Shown here piece after piece: positions 28,485 to 42,376 of a DNA stretch of 64,000 nucleotides (its first letter is position 1; each line of letters begins with the position of its first letter). The stretch spans positions 21,574,501 to 21,638,500 of the forward strand of contig OZ059898.1 of NCBI GenBank assembly GCA_964057225.1. Direction: 5' to 3'. The notes beneath the pieces are model-generated. The model saw nothing but the letters and a program-made list of their open reading frames with translations. It was not told the origin of the DNA and searched no databases. The translations under genes were made by a program, and so were the position numbers. This DNA is from Auanema rhodensis. Taxonomy: Eukaryota; Animalia; Nematoda.

Positions 28485-31400
28485 ATTTGTTTTTAGACTA
28501 ATATGGACTTGGGGAATCTAATTTTGAAAACCGCATCTCTTTATCTTTCACGTGAAGCGAGTTACATACCAAGTGCACATCACGTGTACATTTAATTAGC
28601 ATAAATTAAAGTACACGTAAATTTCAAAGTCATGGTTACCATGCACCAATATCAAGAAAAATTTGTTTTTAGACTAATATGGACATGGGGAATCTAATTT
28701 TGAAAACCGCATCTCTTTATCTTTCACGTGAAGCGAGTTACATACCAAGTGCACATCACGTGTACATTTAATTAGCATAAATTAAAGTACACGTAAATTT
28801 CAAAGTCATGGTTACCATGCACCAATATCAATAAAAATTTGTTTTTAGACTAATATGGACATGGGGAATCTAATTTTGAAAACCGCATCTCTTTATCTTT
28901 CACGTGAAGCGAGTTACATACCAAGTGCACATCACGTGTACATTTAATTAGCATAAATTAAAGTACACGTAAATTTCAAAGTCATGGTTACCATGCACCA
29001 ATATCAATAAAAATTTGTTTTTAGACTAATATGGACATGGGGAATCTAATTTTGAAAACCGCATCTCTTTATCTTTCACGTGAAGCGAGTTACATACCAA
29101 GTGCACATCACGTGTACATTTAATTAGCATAAATTAAAGTTCACGTAAATTTCAAAGTCATGGTTACCATGAACCAATATCAATAAAAATTTGTTTTTAG
29201 ACTAATATGGACATGGGGAATCTAATTTTGAAAACCCTCTTTATCTTTCACGTGAAGCGAGTTACATACCAAGTGCACATCACGTGTACATTTAATTAGC
29301 ATAAATTAAAGTTCACGTAAATTTCAAAGTCATGGTTACCATGAACCAATATCAATAAAAATTTGTTTTTAGACTAATATGGACATGGGGAATCTAATTT
29401 TGAAAACCGCATCTCTTTATCTTTCACGTGAAGCGAGTTACATACCAAGTGCACATCACGTGTACATTTAATTAGCATGAATTAAAGTTCAACTAAATTT
29501 CAAAGTCATGGTTACCATGAACCAATATCAATAAAAATTTGTTTTTAGACTAATATGGACTTGGGGAATCTAATTTTGAAAACCGCATCTCTTTATCTTT
29601 CACGTGAAGCGAGTTACATACCAAGTGCACATCACGTGTACATTTAATTAGCATGAATTAAAGTTCACGTAAATTTCAAAGTCATGGTTACCATGAACCA
29701 ATATCAATAAAAATTTGTTTTTAGACTAATATGGACTTGGGGAATCTAATTTTGAAAACCGCATCTCTTTATCTTTCACGTGAAGCGAGTTACATACCAA
29801 GTGCACATCACGTGTACATTTAATTAGCATAAATTAAAGTACACGTAAATTTCAAAGTCATGGTTACCATGCACCAATATCAAGAAAAATTTGTTTTTAG
29901 ACTAATATGGACATGGGGAATCTAATTTTGAAAACCGCATCTCTTTGTCTTTCACGTGAAGCGAGTTACATACCAAGTGCACATCACGTGTACATTTAAT
30001 TAGCATAAATTAAAGTACACGTAAATTTCAAAGTCATGGTTACCATGCACCAATATCAATAAAAATTTGTTTTTAGACTAATATGGACATGGGGAATCTA
30101 ATTTTGAAAACCGCATCTCTTTATCTTTCACGTGAAGCGAGTTACATACCAAGTGCACATCACGTGTACATTTAATTAGCATGAATTAAAGTTCACGTAA
30201 ATTTCAAAGTCATGGTTACCATGCACCAATATCAATAAAAATTTGTTTTTAGACTAATATGGACATGGGGAATCTAATTTTGAAAACCGCATCTCTTTAT
30301 CTTTCACGTGAAGCGAGTTACATACCAAGTGCACATCACGTGTACATTTAATTAGCATAAATTAAAGTTCACGTAAATTTCAAAGTCATGGTTACCATGA
30401 ACCAATATCAATAAAAATTTGTTTTTAGACTAATATGGACATGGGGAATCTAATTTTGAAAACCCTCTTTATCTTTCACGTGAAGCGAGTTACATACCAA
30501 GTGCACATCACGTGTACATTTAATTAGCATAAATTAAAGTTCACGTAAATTTCAAAGTCATGGTTACCATGAACCAATATCAATAAAAATTTGTTTTTAG
30601 ACTAATATGGACATGGGGAATCTAATTTTGAAAACCGCATCTCTTTATCTTTCACGTGAAGCGAGTTACATACCAAGTGCACATCACGTGTACATTTAAT
30701 TAGCATGAATTAAAGTTCACGTAAATTTCAAAGTCATGGTTACCATGAACCAATATCAATAAAAATTTGTTTTTAGACTAATATGGACTTGGGGAATCTA
30801 ATTTTGAAAACCGCATCTCTTTATCTTTCACGTGAAGCGAGTTACATACCAAGTGCACATCACGTGTACATTTAATTAGCATGAATTAAAGTTCACGTAA
30901 ATTTCAAAGTCATGGTTACCATGAACCAATATCAATAAAAATTTGTTTTTAGACTAATATGGACTTGGGGAATCTAATTTTGAAAACCGCATCTCTTTAT
31001 CTTTCACGTGAAGCGAGTTACATACCAAGTGCACATCACGTGTACATTTAATTAGCATAAATTAAAGTACACGTAAATTTCAAAGTCATGGTTACCATGC
31101 ACCAATATCAAGAAAAATTTGTTTTTAGACTAATATGGACATGGGGAATCTAATTTTGAAAACCGCATCTCTTTATCTTTCACGTGAAGCGAGTTACATA
31201 CCAAGTGCACATCACGTGTACATTTAATTAGCATAAATTAAAGTACACGTAAATTTCAAAGTCATGGTTACCATGCACCAATATCAATAAAAATTTGTTT
31301 TTAGACTAATATGGACATGGGGAATCTAATTTTGAAAACCGCATCTCTTTATCTTTCACGTGAAGCGAGTTACATACCAAGTGCACATCACGTGTACATT

Positions 31401-31816
31401 TAATTAGCATGAATTAAAGTTCACGTAAATTTCAAAGTCATGGTTACCATGCACCAATATCAATAAAAATTTGTTTTTAGACTAATATGGACATGGGGAA
31501 TCTAATTTTGAAAACAGCATCTCTTTATCTTTCACGTGAAGCGAGTTACATACCAAGTGCACATCACGTGTACATTTAATTAGCATAAATTAAAGTTCAC
31601 GTAAATTTCAAAGTCATGGTTACCATGAACCAATATCAATAAAAATTTGTTTTTAGACTAATATGGACATGGGGAATCTAATTTTGAAAACCCTCTTTAT
31701 CTTTCACGTGAAGCGAGTTACATACCAAGTGCACATCACGTGTACATTTAATTAGCATAAATTAAAGTTCACGTAAATTTCAAAGTCATGGTTACCATGA
31801 ACCAATATCAATAAAA
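28485..31816. repeat. 7-monomer (1228-bp = 6x176+172) higher-order repeat, ~3 units
   Basis: G172 at 28656, 29884 and 31112, and the 4-bp deletion at 29237, 30465 and 31693; all spacings are 1228 bp. Confidence 0.88.
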
Positions 31817-34800
31817 ATTTGTTTTTAGACTAATATGGACATGGGGAATCTAATTTTGAGAACCGCATCTCTTTATCTTTCACGTGAAGCGAGTTACATA
31901 CCAAGTGCACATCACGTGTACATTTAATTAGCATAAATTAAAGTTCACGTAAATTTCAAAGTCATGGTTACCATGAACCAATATCAATAAAAATTTGTTT
32001 TTAGACTAATATGAACTTGGGAAATCTAATTTTGAAAACCGCATCTCTTTATCTTTCACGTGAAGCGAGTTACATACCAAGTGCACATCACGTGTACATT
32101 TAATTAGCATAAATTAAAGTACACGTAAATTTCAAAGTCATGGTTACCATGCACCAATATCAATAAAAATTTGTTTTTAGACTAATATGGACATGGGGAA
32201 TCTAATTTTGAAAACCGCATCTCTTTATCTTTCACGTGAAGCGAGTTACATACCAAGTGCACATCACGTGTACATTTAATTAGCATAAATTAAAGTTCAC
32301 GTAAATTTCAAAGTCATGGTTACCATGCACCAATATCAATAACAATTTGTTTTTAGACTAATATGGACATGGGGAATCTAATTTTGAAAACCGCATCTCT
32401 TTATCTTTCACGTGAAGCGAGTTACATACCAAGTGCACATCACGTGTACATTTAATTAGCATGAATTAAAGTTCACGTAAATTTCAAAGTCATGGTTACC
32501 ATGAACCAATATCAATAAAAATTTGTTTTTAGACTAATATGGACATGGGGAATCTAATTTTGAAAACCGCATCTCTTTATCTTTCACGTGAAGCGAGTTA
32601 CATACCAAGTGCACATCACGTGTACATTTAATTAGCATGAATTAAAGTTCACGTAAATTTCAAAGTCATGGTTACCATGCACCAATATCAATAAAAATTT
32701 GTTTTTAGACTAATATGGACATGGGGAATCTAATTTTGAAAACAGCATCTCTTTATCTTTCACGTGAAGCGAGTTACATACCAAGTGCACATCACGTGTA
32801 CATTTAATTAGCATAAATTAAAGTTCACGTAAATTTCAAAGTCATGGTTACCATGAACCAATATCAATAAAAATTTGTTTTTAGACTAATATGGACATGG
32901 GGAATCTAATTATGAAAACCGCATCTCTTTATCTTTCACGTGAAGCGAGTTACATACCAAGTGCACATCACGTTTACATTCAATTAGCATGAATTAAAGT
33001 TCACGTAAATTTCAAAGTCATGGTTACCATGCACCAATATCAATAAAAATTTGTTTTTAGACTAATATGGACATGGGGAATCTAATTTTGAAAACCGCAT
33101 CTCTTTATCTTTCACGTGAAGCGAGTTACATACCAAGTGCACATCACGTGTACATTTAATTAGCATAAATTAAAGTTCACGTAAATTTCAAAGTCATGGT
33201 TACCATGAACCAATATCAATAAAAATTTGTTTTTAGACTAATATGGACATGGGGAATCTAATTTTGAAAACCGCATCTCTTTATCTTTCACGTGAAGCGA
33301 GTTACATACCAAGTGCACATCACGTGTACATTTAATTAGCATAAATTAAAGTTCACGTAAATTTCAAAGTCATGGTTACCATGAACCAATATCAATAAAA
33401 ATTTGTTTTTAGACTAATATGGACTTGGGGAATCTAATTTTGAAAACCGCATCTCTTTATCTTTCACGTGAAGCGAGTTACATACCAAGTGCACATCACG
33501 TGTACATTTAATTAGCATAAATTAAAGTACACGTAAATTTCAAAGTCATGGTTACCATGCACCAATATCAATAAAAATTTGTTTTTAGACTAATATGGAC
33601 ATGGGGAATCTAATTTTGAAAACCGCATCTCTTTATCTTTCACGTGAAGCGAGTTACATACCAAGTGCACATCACGTGTACATTTAATTAGCATGAATTA
33701 AAGTTCACGTAAATTTCAAAGTCATGGTTACCATGCACCAATATCAATAAAAATTTATTTTTAGACTAATATGGACATGGGGAATCTAATTTTGAAAACC
33801 GCATCTCTTTATCTTTCACGTGAAGCGAGTTACATACCAAGTGCACATCACGTGTACATTTAATTAGCATAAATTAAAGTTCACGTAAATTTCAAAGTCA
33901 TGGTTACCATGCACCAATATCAATAAAAATTTGTTTTTAGACTAATATGGACATGGGGAATCTAATTTTGAAAACCGCATCTCTTTATCTTTCACGTGAA
34001 GCGGGTTACATACCAAGTGCACATCACGTGTACATTTAATTAGCATAAATTAAAGTTCACGTAAATTTCAAAGTCATGGTTACCATGAACCAATATCAAT
34101 AAAAATTTGTTTTTAGACTAATATGGACTTGGGGAATCTAATTTTGAAAACCGCATCTCTTTATCTTTCACGTGAAGCGAGTTACATACCAAGTGCACAT
34201 CACGTGTACATTTAATTAGCATAAATTAAAGTTCACGTAAATTTCAAAGTCATGGTTACCATGCACCAATATCAATAAAAATTTGTTTTTAGACTAATAT
34301 GGACATGGGGAATCTAATTTTGAAAACCGCATCTCTTTATCTTTCACGTGAAGCGAGTTACATACCAAGTGCACATCACGTGTACATTTAATTAGAATAA
34401 ATTAAAGTTCACGTAAATTTCAAAGTCATGGTTACCATGCACCAATATCAATAAAAATTTGTTTTTAGACTAATATGGACATGGGGAATCTAATTTTGAA
34501 AACCGCATCTCTTTATCTTTCACGTGAAGCGGGTTACATACCAAGTGCACATCACGTGTACATTTAATTAGCATAAATTAAAGTTCACGTAAATTTCAAA
34601 GTCATGGTTACCATGAACCAATATCAATAAAAATTTGTTTTTAGACTAATATGGACATGGGGAATCTAATTTTAAAAACCGCATCTCTTTATCTTTCACG
34701 TGAAGCGAGTTACATACCAAGTGCACATCACGTGTACATTTAATTAGCATAAATTAAAGTTCACGTAAATTTCAAAGTCATGGTTACCATGCACCAATAT

Positions 34801-36216
34801 CAATAAAAATTTGTTTTTAGACTGATATGGACATGGGGAATCTAATTTTGAAAACCGCATCTCTTTATCTTTCACGTGAAGCGAGTTACATACCAAGTGC
34901 ACATCACGTGTACATTTAATTAGAATAAATTAAAGTTCACGTAAATTTCAAAGTCATGGTTACCATGCACCAATATCAATAAAAATTTGTTTTTAGACTA
35001 ATATGGATATGGGGAATCTAATTTTGAAAACCGCATCTCTTTATCTTTCACGTGAAGCGAGTTACATACCAAGTGCACATCACGTGTACATTTAATTAGC
35101 ATAAATTAAAGTTCACGTAAATTTCAAAGTCATGGTTACCATGCACCAATATCAATAAAAATTTGTTTTTAGACTAATATGGACATGGGGAATCTAATTT
35201 TGAAAACCGCATCTCTTTATCTTTCACGTGAAGCGAGTTATATACCAAGTGCACATCACGTGTACATTTAATTAGCATAAATTAAAGTTCACGTAAATTT
35301 CAAAGTCATGGTTACCATGCACCAATATCAATAAAAATTTGTTTTTAGACTAATATGGAGATGGGGAATCTAATTTTGAAAACCGCATCTCTTCATCTTT
35401 CACGTGAAGCGAGTTACATACCAAGTGCACATCACGTGTACATTTAATTAGCATAAATTAAAGTTCACGTAAATTTCAAAGTCATGGTTACCATGAACCA
35501 ATATCAATAAAAATTTGTTTTTAGACTAATATGGACATGGGGAATCTAATTTTGAAAACCGCATCTCTTTATCTTTCACGTGAAGCGAGTTACATACCAA
35601 GTGCACATCACGTGTACATTTAATTAGCATAAATTAAAGTTCACGTAAATTTCAAAGTTATGGTTACCATGAACCAATATCAATAAAAATTTGTTTTTAG
35701 ACTAATATGGACTTGGGGAATCTAATTTTGAAAACCGCATCTCTTTATCTTTCACGTGAAGCGAGTTACATACCAAGTGCACATCACGTGTACATTTAAT
35801 TAGCATAAATTAAAGTACACGTAAATTTCAAAGTCATGGTTACCATGCACCAATATCAATAAAAATTTGTTTTTAGACTAATATGGACATGGGGAATCTA
35901 ATTTTGAAAACCGCATCTCTTTATCTTTCACGTGAAGCGAGTTACATACCAAGTGCACATCACGTGTACATTTAATTAGCATAAATTAAAGTTCACGTAA
36001 ATTTCAAAGTCATGGTTACCATGAACCAATATCGATAAAAATTTGTTTTTAGACTAATATGGACATGGGGAATCTAATTTTGAAAACCGCATCTCTTTAT
36101 CTTTCACGTGAAGCGAGTTACATACCAAGTGCACATCACGTGTACATTTAATTAGCATAAATTAAAGTTCACGTAAATTTCAAAGTCATGGTTACCATGC
36201 ACCAATATCAATAAAA

Positions 36217-39200
36217 ATTTGTTTTTAGACTAATATGGACATGGGGAATCTAATTTTGAAAACCGCATCTCTTTATCTTTCACGTGAAGCGAGTTATATA
36301 CCAAGTGCACATCACGTGTACATTTAATTAGAATAAATTAAAGTTCACGTAAATTTCAAAGTCATGGTTACCATGCACCAATATCAATAAAAATTTGTTT
36401 TTAGACTAATATGGACATGGGGAATCTAATTATGAAAACCGCATCTCTTTATCTTTCACGTGAAGCGAATTACATACCAAGTGCACATCACGTGTACATT
36501 TAATTAGCATAAATTAAAGTTCACGTAAATTTCAAAGTCATGGTTACCATGAACCAATATCAATAAAAATTTGTTTTTAGACTAATATGGACATGGGGAA
36601 TCTAATTTTGAAAACCGCATCTCTTTATCTTTCACGTGAAGCGAGTTACATACCAAGTGCACATCACGTGTACATTTAATTAGCATAAATTAAAGTTCAC
36701 GTAAATTTCAAAGTCATGGTTACCATGCACCAATATCAATAAAAATTTGTTTTTAGACTAATATGGAGATGGGGAATCTAATTTTGAAAACCGCATCTCT
36801 TCATCTTTCACGTGAAGCGAGTTACATACCAAGTGCACATCACGTGTACATTTAATTAGCATAAATTAAAGTTCACGTAAATTTCAAAGTCATGGTTACC
36901 ATGAACCAATATCAATAAAAATTTGTTTTTAGACTAATATGGACATGAGGAATCTAATTTTGAAAACCGCATCTCTTTATCTTTCACGTGAAGCGAGTTA
37001 CATACCAAGTGCACATCACGTGTACATTTAATTAGCATAAATTAAAGTTCACGTAAATTTCAAAGTCATGGTTACCATGCACCAATATCAATAAAAATTT
37101 GTTTTTAGACTAATATGGACATGGGGAATCTAATTTTGAAAACTGCATCTCTTTATCTTTCACGTGAAGCGAGTTACATACCAAGTGCACATCACGTGTA
37201 CATTTAATTAGCATAAATCAAAGTTCACGTAAATTTCAAAGTCATGGTTACCATGAACCAATATCAATAAAAATTTGTTTTTAGACTAATATGGACATGG
37301 GGAATCTAATTTTGAAAACCGCATCTCTTTATCTTTCACGTGAAGCGAGTTATATACCAAGTGCACATCACGTGTACATTTAATTAGAATAAATTAAAGT
37401 TCACGTAAATTTCAAAGTCATGGTTACCATGCACCAATATCAATAAAAATTTGTTTTTAGACTAATATGGACATGGGGAATCTAATTATGAAAACCGCAT
37501 CTCTTTATCTTTCACGTGAAGCGAGTTACATACCAAGTGCACATCACGTGTACATTTAATTAGCATAAATTAAAGTTCACGTAAATTTCAAAGTCATGGT
37601 TACCATGAACCAATATCAATAAAAATTTGTTTTTAGACTAATATGGACATGGGGAATCTAATTTTGAAAACCGCATCTCTTTATCTTTCACGTGAAGCGA
37701 GTTACATACCAAGTGCACATCACGTGTACATTTAATTAGCATAAATTAAAGTTCACGTAAATTTCAAAGTCATGGTTACCATGCACCAATATCAATAAAA
37801 ATTTGTTTTTAGACTAATATGGAGATGGGGAATCTAATTTTGAAAACCGCATCTCTTCATCTTTCACGTGAAGCGAGTTACATACCAAGTGCACATCACG
37901 TGTACATTTAATTAGCATAAATTAAAGTTCACGTAAATTTCAAAGTCATGGTTACCATGAACCAATATCAATAAAAATTTGTTTTTAGACTAATATGGAC
38001 ATGAGGAATCTAATTTTGAAAACCGCATCTCTTTATCTTTCACGTGAAGCGAGTTACATACCAAGTGCACATCACGTGTACATTTAATTAGCATAAATTA
38101 AAGTTCACGTAAATTTCAAAGTCATGGTTACCATGCACCAATATCAATAAAAATTTGTTTTTAGACTAATATGGACATGAGGAATCTAATTTTGAAAACT
38201 GCATCTCTTTATCTTTCACGTGAAGCGAGTTATATACCAAGTGCACATCACGTGTACATTTAATTAGAATAAATTAAAGTTCACGTAAATTTCAAAGTCA
38301 TGGTTACCATGCACCAATATCAATAAAAATTTGTTTTTAGACTAATATGGACATGAGGAATCTAATTTTGAAAACCGCATCTCTTTATCTTTCACGTGAA
38401 GCGAGTTACATACCAAGTGCACATCACGTGTACATTTAATTAGCATAAATTAAAGTTCACGTAAATTTCAAAGTCATGGTTACCATGAACCAATATCAAT
38501 AAAAATTTGTTTTTAGACTAATATGGACATGGGGAATCTAATTTTGAAAACCGCATCTCTTTATCTTTCACGTGAAGCGAGTTACATACCAAGTGCACAT
38601 CACGTGTACATTTAATTAGCATAAATTAAAGTTCACGTAAATTTCAAAGTCATGGTTACCATGCACCAATATCAATAAAAATTTGTTTTTAGACTAATAT
38701 GGAGATGGGGAATCTAATTTTGAAAACCGCATCTCTTTATCTTTCACGTGAAGCGAGTTACATACCAAGTGCACATCACGTGTACATTTAATTAGCATAA
38801 ATTAAAGTTCACGTAAATTTCAAAGTCATGGTTACCATGAACCAATATCAATAAAAATTTGTTTTTAGACTAATATGGACATGGGGAATCTAATTTTGAA
38901 AACCGCATCTCTTTATCTTTCACGTGAAGCGAGTTACATACCAAGTGCACATCACGTGTACATTTAATTAGCATAAATTAAAGTTCACGTAAATTTCAAA
39001 GTCATGGTTACCATGAACCAATATCAATAAAAATTTGTTTTTAGACTAATATGGACTTGGGGAATCTAATTTTGAAAACCGCATCTCTTTATCTTTCACG
39101 TGAAGCGAGTTACATACCAAGTGCACATCACGTGTACATTTAATTAGCATAAATTAAAGTACACGTAAATTTCAAAGTCATGGTTACCATGCACCAATAT

Positions 39201-42200
39201 CAATAAAATATTGTTTTTAGACTAATATGGACATGGGGAATCTAATTTTGAAAACCGCATCTCTTTATCTTTCACGTGAAGCGAGTTACATACCAAGTGC
39301 ACATCACGTGTACATTTAATTAGCATAAATTAAAGTTCACGTAAATTTCAAAGTCATGGTTACCATGAACCAATATCGATAAAAATTTGTTTTTAGACTA
39401 ATATGGACATGGGGAATCTAATTTTGAAAACCGCATCTCTTTATCTTTCACGTGAAGCGAATTACATACCAAGTGCACATCACGTGTACATTTAATTAGC
39501 ATAAATTAAAGTTCACGTAAATTTCAAAGTCATGGTTACCATGAACCAATATCAATAAAAATTTGTTTTTAGACTAATATGGACATGGGGAATCTAATTT
39601 TGAAAACCGCATCTCTTTATCTTTCACGTGAAGCGAGTTACATACCAAGTGCACATCACGTGTACATTTAATTAGCATAAATTAAAGTACACGTAAATTT
39701 CAAAGTCATGGTTACCATGCACCAATATCAATAAAATATTGTTTTTAGACTAATATGGACATGGGGAATCTAATTTTGAAAACCGCATCTCTTTATCTTT
39801 CACGTGAAGCGAGTTACATACCAAGTGCACATCACGTGTACATTTAATTAGCATAAATTAAAGTTCACGTAAATTTCAAAGTCATGGTTACCATGAACCA
39901 ATATCGATAAAAATTTGTTTTTAGACTAATATGGACATGGGGAATCTAATTTTGAAAACCGCATCTCTTTATCTTTCACGTGAAGCGAGTTACATACCAA
40001 GTGCACATCACGTGTACATTTAATTAGCATAAATTAAAGTTCACGTAAATTTCAAAGTCATGGTTACCATGCACCAATATCAATAAAAATTTGTTTTTAG
40101 ACTAATATGGACATGGGGAATCTAATTTTGAAAACCGCATCTCTTTATCTTTCACGTGAAGCGAGTTATATACCAAGTGCACATCACGTGTACATTTAAT
40201 TAGAATAAATTAAAGTTCACGTAAATTTCAAAGTCATGGTTACCATGCACCAATATCAATAAAAATTTGTTTTTAGACTAATATGGACATGGGGAATCTA
40301 ATTATGAAAACCGCATCTCTTTATCTTTCACGTGAAGCGAATTACATACCAAGTGCACATCACGTGTACATTTAATTAGCATAAATTAAAGTTCACGTAA
40401 ATTTCAAAGTCATGGTTACCATGAACCAATATCAATAAAAATTTGTTTTTAGACTAATATGGACATGGGGAATCTAATTTTGAAAACCGCATCTCTTTAT
40501 CTTTCACGTGAAGCGAGTTACATACCAAGTGCACATCACGTGTACATTTAATTAGCATAAATTAAAGTTCACGTAAATTTCAAAGTCATGGTTACCATGC
40601 ACCAATATCAATAAAAATTTGTTTTTAGACTAATATGGAGATGGGGAATCTAATTTTGAAAACCGCATCTCTTCATCTTTCACGTGAAGCGAGTTACATA
40701 CCAAGTGCACATCACGTGTACATTTAATTAGCATAAATTAAAGTTCACGTAAATTTCAAAGTCATGGTTACCATGAACCAATATCAATAAAAATTTGTTT
40801 TTAGACTAATATGGACATGGGGAATCTAATTTTGAAAACCGCATCTCTTTATCTTTCACGTGAAGCGAGTTATATACCAAGTGCACATCACGTGTACATT
40901 TAATTAGAATAAATTAAAGTTCACGTAAATTTCAAAGTCATGGTTACCATGCACCAATATCAATAAAAATTTGTTTTTAGACTAATATGGACATGGGGAA
41001 TCTAATTATGAAAACCGCATCTCTTTATCTTTCACGTGAAGCGAGTTACATACCAAGTGCACATCACGTGTACATTTAATTAGCATAAATTAAAGTTCAC
41101 GTAAATTTCAAAGTCATGGTTACCATGAACCAATATCAATAAAAATTTGTTTTTAGACTAATATGGACATGGGGAATCTAATTTTGAAAACCGCATCTCT
41201 TTATCTTTCACGTGAAGCGAGTTACATACCAAGTGCACATCACGTGTACATTTAATTAGCATAAATTAAAGTTCACGTAAATTTCAAAGTCATGGTTACC
41301 ATGCACCAATATCAATAAAAATTTGTTTTTAGACTAATATGGAGATGGGGAATCTAATTTTGAAAACCGCATCTCTTCATCTTTCACGTGAAGCGAGTTA
41401 CATACCAAGTGCACATCACGTGTACATTTAATTAGCATAAATTAAAGTTCACGTAAATTTCAAAGTCATGGTTACCATGAACCAATATCAATAAAAATTT
41501 GTTTTTAGACTAATATGGACATGAGGAATCTAATTTTGAAAACCGCATCTCTTTATCTTTCACGTGAAGCGAGTTACATACCAAGTGCACATCACGTGTA
41601 CATTTAATTAGCATAAATTAAAGTTCACGTAAATTTCAAAGTCATGGTTACCATGCACCAATATCAATAAAAATTTGTTTTTAGACTAATATGGACATGA
41701 GGAATCTAATTTTGAAAACTGCATCTCTTTATCTTTCACGTGAAGCGAGTTACATACCAAGTGCACATCACGTGTACATTTAATTAGCATAAATCAAAGT
41801 TCACGTAAATTTCAAAGTCATGGTTACCATGAACCAATATCAATAAAAATTTGTTTTTAGACTAATATGGACATGGGGAATCTAATTTTGAAAACCGCAT
41901 CTCTTTATCTTTCACGTGAAGCGAGTTACATACCAAGTGCACATCACGTGTACATTTAATTAGCATAAATTAAAGTTCACGTAAATTTCAAAGTCATGGT
42001 TACCATGAACCAATATCAATAAAAATTTGTTTTTAGACTAATATGGACATGGGGAATCTAATTTTGAAAACCGCATCTCTTTATCTTTCACGTGAAGCGA
42101 GTTACATACCAAGTGCACATCACGTGTACATTTAATTAGCATAAATTAAAGTTCACGTAAATTTCAAAGTCATGGTTACCATGCACCAATATCAATAAAA

Positions 42201-42376
42201 ATTTGTTTTTAGACTAATATGGAGATGGGGAATCTAATTTTGAAAACCGCATCTCTTTATCTTTCACGTGAAGCGAGTTACATACCAAGTGCACATCACG
42301 TGTACATTTAATTAGCATAAATTAAAGTTCACGTAAATTTCAAAGTCATGGTTACCATGAACCAATATCAATAAAA
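36217..42376. repeat. Block duplication with offsets of 22 and 20 monomers (T81+A116, A40, G24+C58 domain)
   Basis: T81 at 36297/40169 and G24 at 36768/40640 (offset 3872). T81 at 37353/40873 and G24 at 37824/41344 and 38704/42224 (offset 3520). Confidence 0.75.

Larger units (their letters stand above)
22705..31816. repeat. Domain containing 172-bp monomers (GCAT deletion, 10 copies) with G119, A129, T25, G172 variants
   Basis: AAAACCCTCTTT replaces AAAACCGCATCTCTTT near 22753, 23101, 23273, 23797, 26609, 26781, 27129, 29237, 30465 and 31693. The array phase shifts by exactly 40 bp across the domain. Confidence 0.92.
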
